A DNA stretch of 64,000 nt from Octopus sinensis (taxonomy: Eukaryota): the NCBI RefSeq assembly GCF_006345805.1, contig NC_042999.1:66836001-66900000 (forward strand), in the 5' to 3' direction. Numbering within the stretch: the stretch's first letter is position 1; the number at the start of each line of letters is the position of its first letter. Made by a program: the position numbers and the translations under genes. Below the pieces are notes generated by a model. The model did not search any database, was not told where the DNA came from, and worked only from the letters and a program-made list of their open reading frames with translations. Positions 53,365 through 64,000 of this stretch are shown here, in pieces.

Positions 53365-53800
53365 ATACACGCACGCACGCACACACACATACACACACAT
53401 ACACACACACATTTATTTGTGTGTGTGTGTGTGTGCGTGTGTGTGTGTGGTGTGCGTGTGTGTGTGTGCGCGCGTGTGTGTGTGTGCGTGTGCGCGTGCG
53501 CGTGTGTGTGTGTGCGTGTGTGTGTGTGCGCGTGTGTGTGTGTGGGTGTTGTGTGCGTGTGCGTGTGTGTGTGTGCGTGTGTGTGTGTGCGCGTGTGTGT
53601 GTGTGTTGATTTGCTCGGCTAAAGGCGGTGCTCCAGCATGGCCACAGTCACATGACTGAAACAAGTAAAAGAGTAAAAGTGTTTGTGTGCGAGTGTATGT
53701 ATGCACGCGCGTGTGTGCGTGCGTGTGTGTGTGTGGGTGTGTGTGTTTGTGTGTGTGTGTGTGTGCGTGTGTGCGTGCGTGTGTGCGTGCGTGTGTACGC
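53365..53800. repeat. Long alternating purine-pyrimidine (GT/GC)n tract, split by a family A tail (53606-53680)
   Basis: Direct reading. Confidence 0.9.
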
Positions 53801-53995
53801 GTAAGCTGATCTGTCAAACAAATTTGGCTGCCGTTATTTTAAGCAAACTGAACAGCCTTGTAGAAGCTCCAATATCGGCTCTGTCAGTCAAGCAAAGCCG
53901 AGCATGTAGAGTTTACTACCTTATCCAATATGGTTAGCTCACATTACTCCGTAAGGAGCGTAAGGCCGGTTTTGCCGCTTTCTCTTGTGTTTATA

Positions 53996-54575
53996 TTTTT
54001 CCCGACGCTTTAACGATTTTGTCAGACCACTGCTCTACATGCAGGAATGATGAAGGTTCTCGGCCTAAAAGAAGCCCAGACACTAAAGGTAATTTTGGCT
54101 TGGTGGGCTTTGAGTACAAAAAGGTTTTTTGGTGGGCTTTGAATACAAAATGTAAAGAGCCGTCTAAATGCTGCAAAGCCTTTTTCCGACGCTCTAACGA
54201 TTTTGTCAGACCACTGCTCTACATGCAGGAATGATGAAGGTTCTCGGCCTAAAAGAAGCCCAGACATTAAAGGTAATTTTGGCTTGGTGGGCTTTGAATA
54301 CAAAATGTAAAGAGCCGTCTTAAATGCTGCAAAGCCTTTTTCCGACGCTCTAACGATTTTGTCAGACCACTGCTCTGCATGCAGGAATGATGAAGGTTCT
54401 CGGCCTAAAAGAAGCCCAGACATTAAAGGTAATTTTGGCTTGGTGGGCTTTAAATACAAAATGTAAAGAGCCGTCTTAAATGCTGCAAAGCCTTTTTCCG
54501 ACGCTCTAACGATTTTGTCAGACCACTGCTCTACATGCAGGAATGATGAAGGTTCTCGGCCTAAAAGACGCCCAG
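53996..54575. repeat. 156-bp tandem repeat, ~3.5 nearly identical units
   Basis: Unit starts TTTTTCCGACGC at 53996, 54181, 54337, 54493 (first unit has an extra ~29-bp duplication). Confidence 0.95.
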
Positions 54576-54739
54576 AAATTTTGAGGGGAAGAATTTAATT
54601 GATGTCTTTAAATCTTTGAGTCAATACTTTTGTGGAAGCAGAAAGGATAAATGAGAAAGCTGAACACAGCAGCATTTGAACTTAGAACGTAAACAGATAG
54701 AACACACACCACAAATCATTTATATTCCGCCGGTCTGCG

Positions 54740-54895
54740 ACAGAATTACTCGTTTTTACCAGCTGAATGAACCAAAGTAACGTGAAATGAAGTGTTTTGC
54801 TCAAGAACACAATGTCCCGACTTTTTCAGAAATCGAAACTACAATCTTACGATCACATGTCCAACCGCTTAACCTCTAAGCCATGCGTCTCCACA
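54740..54895 (-). mobile_element. SINE family D head, diverged
   Basis: Minus GGAGACGCATGGCTTAGAGGTTAAG..., GTGTTCTTGAGCAAAACACTT. Confidence 0.6.
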
Positions 54896-55676
54896 AACCG
54901 TGTCCAATTTTGTTACAGTAAAATTCTGAACTGAAGTCAAGTGGTCAGTAGGCCATCGTCATGATACTTAACCCATGATTTACTCTAGATTATGTCTAGG
55001 ATTATTTCCAATAGATCTCTAGTTAGAGGAACTTAAAGTTTTGATATCACAACTCATCTTCCTCTTTCTGTTCCGTTTCATTTCTCAAGTTTTATTTTAT
55101 TTCTTTTTTTCTCTTTTAATTTCAAATATCTCTCATCTATTCTCTTTTGATCTGACTTTCTGTTCATACTAACCTTCACTCTTTTGTTCTTTATGCCCTT
55201 CTTTTGCTCCTACATTGTATCACTTTCGTTCTATCAGCCTCTACCCCCATTGATTCATCCAATATATCTCATTCCCTCCCGTCCTCTATTATGTTATTAC
55301 ATCTCCCACCCTTTTTTTTTCTCTATTACCTTTCCTTTCATACGAAATTTCATGCCCTCTTTCTCTTTCTATTTCTCTTTCTCTCTTCAAATTAGTCTAG
55401 CGATTACAGTTAAATTCTAGTTTGTGATTGATATAAAATATTGATTTGCAATAAGATCTATTCGGTGAGACAAGGATATGAGGAGTACTTCTCTTATGAT
55501 GGGTAGTCAACAAACCGTATAAAATATCAAGGCAATCTCTTTTATTTCTCTGTTCACAAAGAGATAACAAATGTGTTTGCATCTGTTTAAAGTTCTACAA
55601 CGAAATGTCTGGAAAAAAAACTGTAGTCTTAAATTTATGCAGTGCTGTGCATAAATATTTATATATTGTACACACA

Positions 55677-55739
<63 letters not shown>

Positions 55740-55863
55740 TGTGTGTGTTTGTGTGAGTGCGTGTGGATTAATTGGCTGAAAAGTTACAAGAGTGACTCAA
55801 GAACCAAGAGTTTCGTGTAAGGCAGACTTTCTATTTCTCTTGTTTACTCTCGCCAATTGATAG

Positions 55864-55994
<131 letters not shown>

Positions 55995-56059
55995 CAGACA
56001 GACAAACAGACAGACAGACAAACAGGCAGCCAGACAGACTGATAGATAGATAGATAGAT

Positions 56060-57222
56060 AACTTTCTTTATTGGCCACACAGGGCTGGACACAGAGGGAA
56101 CAATTACAAATATAGAGCTTTTCTTTTCGGAGATGGAAAAGGAAAAGGAATTAAAAAAAGGAAACAAATGTAAAATTTCGATCGAAAGGGATCGGAAGAA
56201 AAAAAGGCGATCAAAAGGGATCGAGTATCACAAAGAAAAATTTTTTTATTTCAAAGTAACAAGCAAGATTAGGTTCATCCGTGGAAAGAAAAGCCTACAG
56301 AAAAGACCACGGTAACCTCAGGCAGGGAGGAAATAAACACATGAGAGCAAAGCACTCTCTCTCTCTCTTTTACGATTTACAGGATCATGCTCAAAATCGT
56401 TTCGTCATTCGCACGCACCATCTTTGCTACATTCACCCACCTTTTTTTTGAAACTTTCACGAGACAAAACCTGCCTCTCCATTCTCACCTTCCTTTTCAA
56501 GTGGTACTCGAAAAAGTTGATGAGCGATTGGCCAGAGAGGTAAGTGTTTGTCTCTAGTCCTTTCGCTCGAGTCCACCACACTCATTCTTTCACCACAGCC
56601 ACCAGTACGATGAAGACAGCCTTGCCTTCCCGGTTGAAGGAAGGGGGCGGAGCAATTCTCACGATAGACTCGGTCGTCAGGCGGACTCGTCCCACACGTG
56701 ACAGCAGCCGTTCGGCATAAGCCCACAGGTCCGAAATGGATGGACACTGCACGAGCGCATGCAGTTTCGTCGCTCTGGCCGCATCTCGGGCAAGTCGGTC
56801 CAGTGTGTCTCGAACCGTGCCTGCAGAGCTTATCCTGAACAGGTAATACTTCTCGATAGCACTGCCAGGCCAGAAATCTTTGGTGATTATCCATAGGTCC
56901 CGGCACGAAAGTTGTCCTGAACAGGCGGGTCACGTGTCTCTCGTCGACGCCCAGATTCAGCCCGAGAACGTCGTCGCACCTCCCCTCCACTTCTCCATTT
57001 GGAGGTCCGGACCGATCCAGACGCCGAGCAATTTAACCGGTCTGTCGGTCCAGTGCCCCACAATGGAGACGCTGTTGGACGGCATGGGCTTGCTTCTCCA
57101 GGTGCTGAGCCGCAAGTCCACTGACTTTTCCCGGTTAATTTTTGCTCCCGTTACCGCTTCGTATTCTTTTAGCGTCTCGCCGACCAGGTCGATGTGCTTG
57201 TAGCTCGACACTATGATGGTGG
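56060..57222 (-). mobile_element. Tx1-type LINE, second subfamily, 5'-truncated with internal deletion, in (GATA)n
   Basis: TIIVSS...[14 protein letters not shown]...[15 protein letters not shown] (late RT) joined to [14 protein letters not shown]...CPRCGQSDET; 3' end AATAAAGAAAGTT|ATCT. Confidence 0.9.
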
Positions 57223-57263
57223 CAGATAGATAGACAGAAAGATAGACAGAAAGATAGATAGAC

Positions 57264-57423
<160 letters not shown>

Positions 57424-59726
57424 TGAGGCGACAACACCTTGGACCTGCTCTTCACCACAACTCCTGAAGCGATTATCAATTGCACTACGGAGGAACCTCT
57501 AGGTGACTCTGATCATGCTATGATCATCGCCAATCTGGCTCTTGCGGGCAACAACAAAAACCGGAACCATCTCCAATCTGCTTCCTTCGATTGGAAGAGA
57601 GCAGATTGGAACCTGTACCACACTGAACTACAGCACCCAAACTGGCGTGAATTCTACAACTCTGGAGATGTGAATACTATACTCCAGAGTATCCTGGACT
57701 CAATATGGGCAGCATGTGCAGCATCAGTGCCACGTAAACAGAAAAAGAAGAACCGCCCCAAAAGGGCAATTTGGGAAACTTCAGCGGTCCGACTTGCCAG
57801 GAAAGAACGTCGGACTGCTGAACGGGAATACAAGTTGCATAAATCAGACACCAACAGGAAGAAGTGGAATAAATCTTCCAACCATCTCAAGCAAGTGACA
57901 AAAAAATCAGTGCTTGAATTTGAACAGTGCATAGCAGCCAATCCTGACAGCAAGGTTTTCTGGAAATATGTGCATTCGAAGCAGGGACCTCACTCTCCAG
58001 TGGGCCCTCTTCGCAACCCTCACACAAACCAGATCACTGACGACCCCAAGGAATGCGCAGAACTCATTGCCGAGTGCTATGCAAACATATTCACTGTTGA
58101 AAGTCAAAATGTACCATCTTCACCATCTCTAACAGCAAATTCCATAACAACTATGGAATTTACACCTGCAATGCTGCGACGTCACCTTCAAAATAAGCGC
58201 AACTATGCCTCCCCTGGTCTTGATGGCGTTACATACCTGCTTCTCAAACGTGGCAAGTACTTCCTTTTACACCAGCTTTCTATTTTCTTCCAGTACTGTC
58301 TCAACAATGGTGCTACTCCGGAGCAGTGGAAAACTGCTAGTGCCATTCCTCTGTTCAAAAAGGGCGACCGCACATCACCTGTCAACTATCGCCCAGTCAG
58401 TCTCACTAGCTGTATTGCAAAACTGATGGAATCGTGTGTCAGAGAAACACTCTGGAACTTCTGGAGCTCTCACAGTCTCATCCGACCCTCACAATATGGA
58501 TTTGTCCCTAACTCCAGCTGCAGTGATCAGCTTGTCGAGTTCCTTGAGGACATTACTCAGATCACTGACAGTGGCTCATGGGTGGATGTTGTCTACCTTG
58601 ACTTTGCTAAGGCTTTCAACTCTGTGCCACACAAAAGGCTTATGGTGAAACTCTCTGCAATGGGTGTGAGGGATAACCTTTTTAACTGGTTGAAATCCTT
58701 CATTCTCAGCCGAAAGGAGGTAGTCACAGTTCTAGAACAGCATTCTACACCATATGAGATGTCATCGGGTGTACCACAGGGATCTGTCCTTGGTCCCCTC
58801 TTGTTTGTGGCATACATTAATGACATAGATGCCAATTTAAAGAATGCCACAGTATTGAAATATGCAGACAACATCAAGCTGTACCTTGAAATCAAGAGGA
58901 CAGATCCTGATGTCTACAACTCTTTCCTGCAATCAGACCTAGACACAATGCAGCAATGGATCACAGACTGGCAACTGAAACTGGCTGTGGACAAGTGTAC
59001 CACCATGCATTTTGGGAGAAAAAAACCTGCGTCCACATACTCCCTCCACAACACTGATATCAAGAAATCCTCTTGCAAGTGTGACCTAGGCATCACTGTC
59101 AGCAGTGATTTGCGTTGGACAAAGCATATCTCTAAAATTGTCAAGAAGGCCGAGGGTGTCTTGGCATCACTCAGCAAGACTTTTGTTAGCCGCTCTCCAG
59201 CCATCTATTTAAAACTGTATACAGCTATGGAACGACCACACTTGGAATTCGCATCATCAGTTTGGAACCCCTATCTTGCTCAGAACATTGACCTCCTGGA
59301 ATCTGTCCAGAGACGTGCAACCAAACGCATACCCTCCATCAGACACCTACCATATTCTGAGCGCCTTGTTTCCCTGGGCATGGATTCACTGAAGCTCCGG
59401 CGTCTGGCGACGGACTTGGTAAGCACCCACAAAGTTATCAACCACCTCACCAACAACAACACTAAACACCTTTTTGATCTTCATGTGTCTAACACACGTG
59501 GACATGCCTACAAAGTCAGAAAACAACACAGCTCCCATGACTTTCGGAAACATTTTTTCACGCTCAGAGTTGCTGAAGCATGGAATAAACTGCCTGCGTC
59601 AGTTGTTGACTGCCATGACACTGCATCCTTTAAGGCCCTCATGCTTTCCGAAATCCGCCGAAACTACACCTGATTATATATACACTTTAGATGAGTTGTA
59701 GTGCACCTGAGCACTGTACACAATTA

Positions 59727-59787
<61 letters not shown>
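57424..59787 (+). mobile_element. CR1-group LINE, 5'-truncated, with 3' stem-loop and (ATT)n tail
   Basis: Begins at end of APE domain ([10 protein letters not shown]); 3' UTR hairpin AGTGC-ACCTGA-GCACT (59700-15); (ATT)n 59722-59787; GATA arrays on both sides. Confidence 0.95.
57439..59673 (+). pseudogene. LINE ORF2 reverse transcriptase, 744 open codons but YADD->YADN
   Basis: SPGLDG, WK...IPLFKKGD....NYRPVSLTS..AKLME, QYGF, YLDFAKAF.SVPH, GVPQGSVLGPLLF..YIND, KYADNIKLY, RPHLEFASSVWNP, LESVQRRATK, FF..RV..AWNKLP. Confidence 0.9.
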
Positions 59788-59788
<1 letters not shown>

Positions 59789-59800
59789 GATAGATAAATG

Positions 59801-59903
<103 letters not shown>

Positions 59904-60604
59904 GTTCTGACATACTCACTAACACATAAACACACACACATACATGTACAATGCATACATACTTCATACATACGTGTGTACTTACATAATATATACATGC
60001 AAACACGCTTCTGCACAGTTTCCAATGACGAAAATCCAACTCACCAAGCGTTGATTTCCTTGTGATGGCACTTAATTAGTTATTCGCAGTGGGATCAAAA
60101 GTGATATTCCGTGTCCAGTGCTTGCCAGGCAGATGGTAATATTCTGTTAAGTCTCAATTATTTATAATAATTTATTTCATTTATCTTTTATTTCTTCATA
60201 ATAGACTATTTCGCGAATTTTAAGAGGGAAACCAGCTCAAAACACTTTACTCCTTAGCACTGCTTAATGACTCCAAGTAGTGGCTTTGATCAAATAGCAA
60301 CAGTAGAAATACACGTATATTGGGGGAAACGATGTATTTTTCTCTAATAAATTATCATTTCAATGATATTTTTGCATATTTATTTGTTACTTTTAGTTTT
60401 TATCATCTGTTGATTTTGTTTGTTTTCTCTTTTTTAGTTTTTTTTTTTTTTTGCTTTGTTTCTCTTTTTGCTTTTCCTTGTTTGTTGTAATTATTGGAGT
60501 GTGTCGACTTTTTTTCCTTTCGTGGTAACAGGCTTGCTTATAACATTTAAATTGGTCTGTTTCTAAGTGTGTGAGGGGTCTATTTATGTATGTATGTATG
60601 TATA

Positions 60605-60649
<45 letters not shown>

Positions 60650-61942
60650 AGAGAGAGAGCGGGAGAAAGAGAGATACCATATATATTTATGTTTGCATGT
60701 GCACACATATATATATATTTCCATATGTGTATATATATATATACATACGTATGCGCGTATTTGTGTGTGTCTGTGTGCAAGCATGGATTACATCTCTTTC
60801 CATATATATATATATGTGTGTGTATAACTATATTTATATATATGTATGTATGTATATATATGTATAGGTGTGTATGTATGTATGTATTTATGTATGTATG
60901 TATGTATGTAAGTCTGACCACATTCTTTCATATATGTGCGTGTATCTCTACGTATTTATTTGTACAATTCTGTGCATCCGCGGCAGACGATATACTATTT
61001 CTATTTTATCTGCAAAGTGAAGACATAGCGCTGAGGAGACGGTGAACAGAAACAGGGTTGGTGGCGTGAGACCGCGTTGCTATTTATTTATTATCGTTGT
61101 TTCATAGTCGTACAATAAAATTAAATTCCCATTTCCTTTCAAGTATTATTTATTATTTGCTGAAATCACTGAATTAATCAGCAAATAGAAATGTGCTACA
61201 TAGCAAATAATTTACTACTGATTTTTCTAATGATTTTCCTTGCTAGCTTTCACTTTACAAGGAAAATGAAATAACAATATAAAGAACATTTTGTTAAAAG
61301 AAAAATAATCAATGAAAATAATTCAAAAACGTCTGACTAATTCATAATTTTTTTCCTTTTTTTTTCGAGTAGAAAATTCTTTTTTTTTCCTGCATTTCTC
61401 TTCAAAACAAATTCGAATTTTTTGTTGTTTGTTTTCAGCTGTTCCTCTATATTTTTTTTTTCAATTCATTGAAGACATTTCTTTATTTATTTTTCGAAGA
61501 ATTGTTAAATCTCAAACTTGATTGTTATTATTGTTGCTGTTTAGAGTCAGGTCAACCTTGATTGAGCAAACCTGTGATCAAAAGCATTCCAACCATGGCT
61601 ATCAATGACTACCCCCTCGTCTTTGTCTTTCAATCATACTGTATAGACGAATACATTGTTGAAGGGGTCCTTCTCTTTGTTTAAGTTGGGAGGACGAAAA
61701 GACTGACGGGATCTGGCTGCTATTTCTTTCATATCAAGTAAGAGGGTAACTGGGTTTTTCTTGTTTTGTTTTTTTCTAATTTTCTTGATTTCCTAACTTT
61801 TCTCCTTTACCATGAAAACGAAGATATATTCGGCTTCTAACAAAACACATAGAAGAAGAAGAAGAAGAGAAGAAGAAGAAGAGAAGAAGAAGAAGAAGAA
61901 GAAGAAGAAGAAGAAGAAGAAGAAGAAGAAGAAGAAGAAGAA

Positions 61943-62162
61943 GAACCGTTTCTGTTATAGGTTCAAAGCCTAAAATTTTGGGGAAGGGAACCAGTCGATA
62001 CATAGACCCCCAGTGTTTCACTGGTACTTAATTCATCGACCCCGAAAGGATGAAAAGCAAAGTCGACATCATTGGAATTTGAACTCTGAACCTGAAGACG
62101 CACGAAATGCTGCTAGGCATTTCACCCGACATACTAACGATTCTGCCAGCTCGCTGCCTTCA
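61943..62162 (-). mobile_element. SINE family C variant
   Basis: CGACCCCGAAAGGATGAAAAGCAAAGTCGAC...TTCTGCCAGCTCGC; flanked by (GAA)n and (AAT)n. Confidence 0.85.
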
Positions 62163-62208
62163 TAATAATAATAATAATAATAGAAATAATAATAATAATA
62201 ATAATAGA

Positions 62209-62283
<75 letters not shown>

Positions 62284-62843
62284 TGTACTGCTCTGATGAA
62301 GTACCAGACAGTGGCTCTCATGGCTGCTGATCTTAACAGATTGGAAGTGTTATCATGTACATTGTTTAGTCCTGATATAAAAGATGGGCTACACCAAATA
62401 TTCTGCTCAATACCACAGATTTGCTTATCAGGTGTTTGACCTTAACCAGTTGACTATGTTCCTTAGTGGCTGACGTTATCTTCATCTCTGATTATGAGCA
62501 GAAGTTGTAAAGGAGGATCATAGCCATGTGTTGAAAGTAATTCTTTGGGGTTTGGCTAATTCACCTCTGGAAAGATGGGTGTTTCGTTGAACATCCCTAA
62601 ACAACCCTTATTCAGGGACCTTTTGAGCGGGAGGGATTACTTGACTAGAAGAAAATTCTAACTGGGCCCCACCTGCAAGGTCATGTGCTGTTTATCTTGA
62701 TATGAGATCACCATGTCGCTCACATAGGGTTGTGATGCATATGCCTAGTGTACCCTTATCAGACGGGTAGTCATGATGGGTATACTGGACTTCGTATAAT
62801 TTACCCCAGTGTCACTTTGATGGCATGCACTGCTCTCTCACTC
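62284..62843. mobile_element. ~560-bp non-coding interspersed element embedded in (AAT)n, plus diverged partial tandem copy (62881-63021)
   Basis: (AAT)n on both sides; terminal ~150 bp (TTTATCTTGATATGAGATCACC...GCTCTCTCACTCAATAAT) repeated downstream. Confidence 0.65.
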
Positions 62844-63375
62844 AATAATAATAATGATGATGATGATGATAATAATAACATTGTTTATCTTGATATGAGA
62901 TCACCATACATATGGTTGTGATGTATATGTCTGGTGCAACCTTATCAGACGGACGGTCATGATAGGCTTCCTATAATCGGATCCCAGTATCAGTTTGATG
63001 GCAAGCGCTGCTCTCGCTCAATAATCTTTAATATTATTATTGTTGTTGTTGTTGTTGTTGTTTTTTCTACTATTGGTACAACGCCTGAAATTTTGCGGGG
63101 AGTAGGCAATCGATTACTTCAATTCCAATACTCAACTGGTAATTAATGTATCTCTCCCAAATGGATGAAAGGCAAAGTCGACCTCGGCAGAATCTGAGCT
63201 CAGAGCACAAAGATTTGGAAGAAACACTGCAAATCATTTCTTTCTACGCTCTAACGAATCTGCCAGTTCGCCATATTAACAACAGCAACAACATGAGCAA
63301 CAATAACAAGGATAATAATCAGAACAATAATCTTCTTATATAATAATGACCGTAGTGTTTTTATGTTCTTGGTCT

Positions 63376-63797
63376 CAAGCATTTGTCTTATGAAGAAAGG
63401 CTGAAGACGCTCGACCTTTATTCTCTAGAAAAACAACGACACCGTGCTGATCTCATTCTCGCTCACAACATCATAAACGGAAAGTGTAACCACTCGAAAG
63501 AGCTGTTCTTCACTCCTACTCCAGAGCATCGGCTGCGGGATCACTCCGAAAAGCTCTATCTGCGACGATTTCATCTCAATCGAAGGAGAGGGACTTTCTC
63601 CGTCCGGGTTGCGGATCCGTGGAATAAGCTGCCGGACGAGATAGTGAAGATGCCGACGACCGCTCGCTTCAAAGACTCTCTTGACCAGAAATGGCCTGAA
63701 CTCTTTGCGTGAACACCCTCCCTGTACATAACTCCATGTCCCCCTACATGGCCTTGCTTTTGCTTTTTGAGCCAAAAAATTAACTTAACTTAACTTA
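63376..63797 (+). mobile_element. CR1-group LINE 3' fragment with (TAACT)n tail
   Basis: ORF 63383-63712 LSYEERLKTLDLYSLEKQRHRADLI...FSVRVADPWNKLP...FKDSLD. Confidence 0.85.
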
Positions 63798-64000
63798 TAT
63801 ATTTGTATTTATATATAATTGTCTAAAATCACGTAGTAGCAGTGGGTGAGAGACATAAATATGGGAATATTTATATAAGAAAATCGACAAATAAATACAC
63901 CTTTAAGAAATATAAAACTGCAATAGCGAAGTCAAAAAACAGAAATGGCTACCGAACCGATTCAACTAAAAAGAGAATTAAAATTATGGTATAAATATAC

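Noticed and set aside
54045-54075. ATGATGA-AGG..CCT-AAAA in the 156-bp unit as hammerhead or C/D-box
   Set aside because: Both hammerhead core segments deviate (no CUGAUGA, no GAAA) and there is no D box CTGA in the unit.

Overview
AT-rich, microsatellite-saturated metazoan DNA. The tRNA-derived SINE families, MITEs and repeat landscape look like an octopus (cephalopod) genome; that is pattern recognition, not a database match. No host protein-coding gene can be identified with confidence, and nearly all ORFs in the supplied track are translated microsatellites or off-frame transposon readings. Recognisable content: (i) at least five tRNA-headed SINE families, some with target-site duplications (TSDs), multimeric bodies or swapped tails; (ii) LINE remnants of the CR1 group (one with a 2.2-kb open RT frame), the Tx1/L1 group, the R4/Dong (RLE) group and Penelope-like elements; (iii) DNA transposons: a full-length intron-bearing Tc1, two deleted mariners, a pogo/Tigger fossil, several MITEs and a tandem non-autonomous Helitron; (iv) a probable solo LTR with an intact core promoter. 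Highlights: a set of hammerhead ribozyme motifs (one fully intact inside an inverted-repeat element, one inside a tRNA-headed SINE) and three Tx1-type LINE copies all inserted in the same orientation and phase into (GATA)n arrays.
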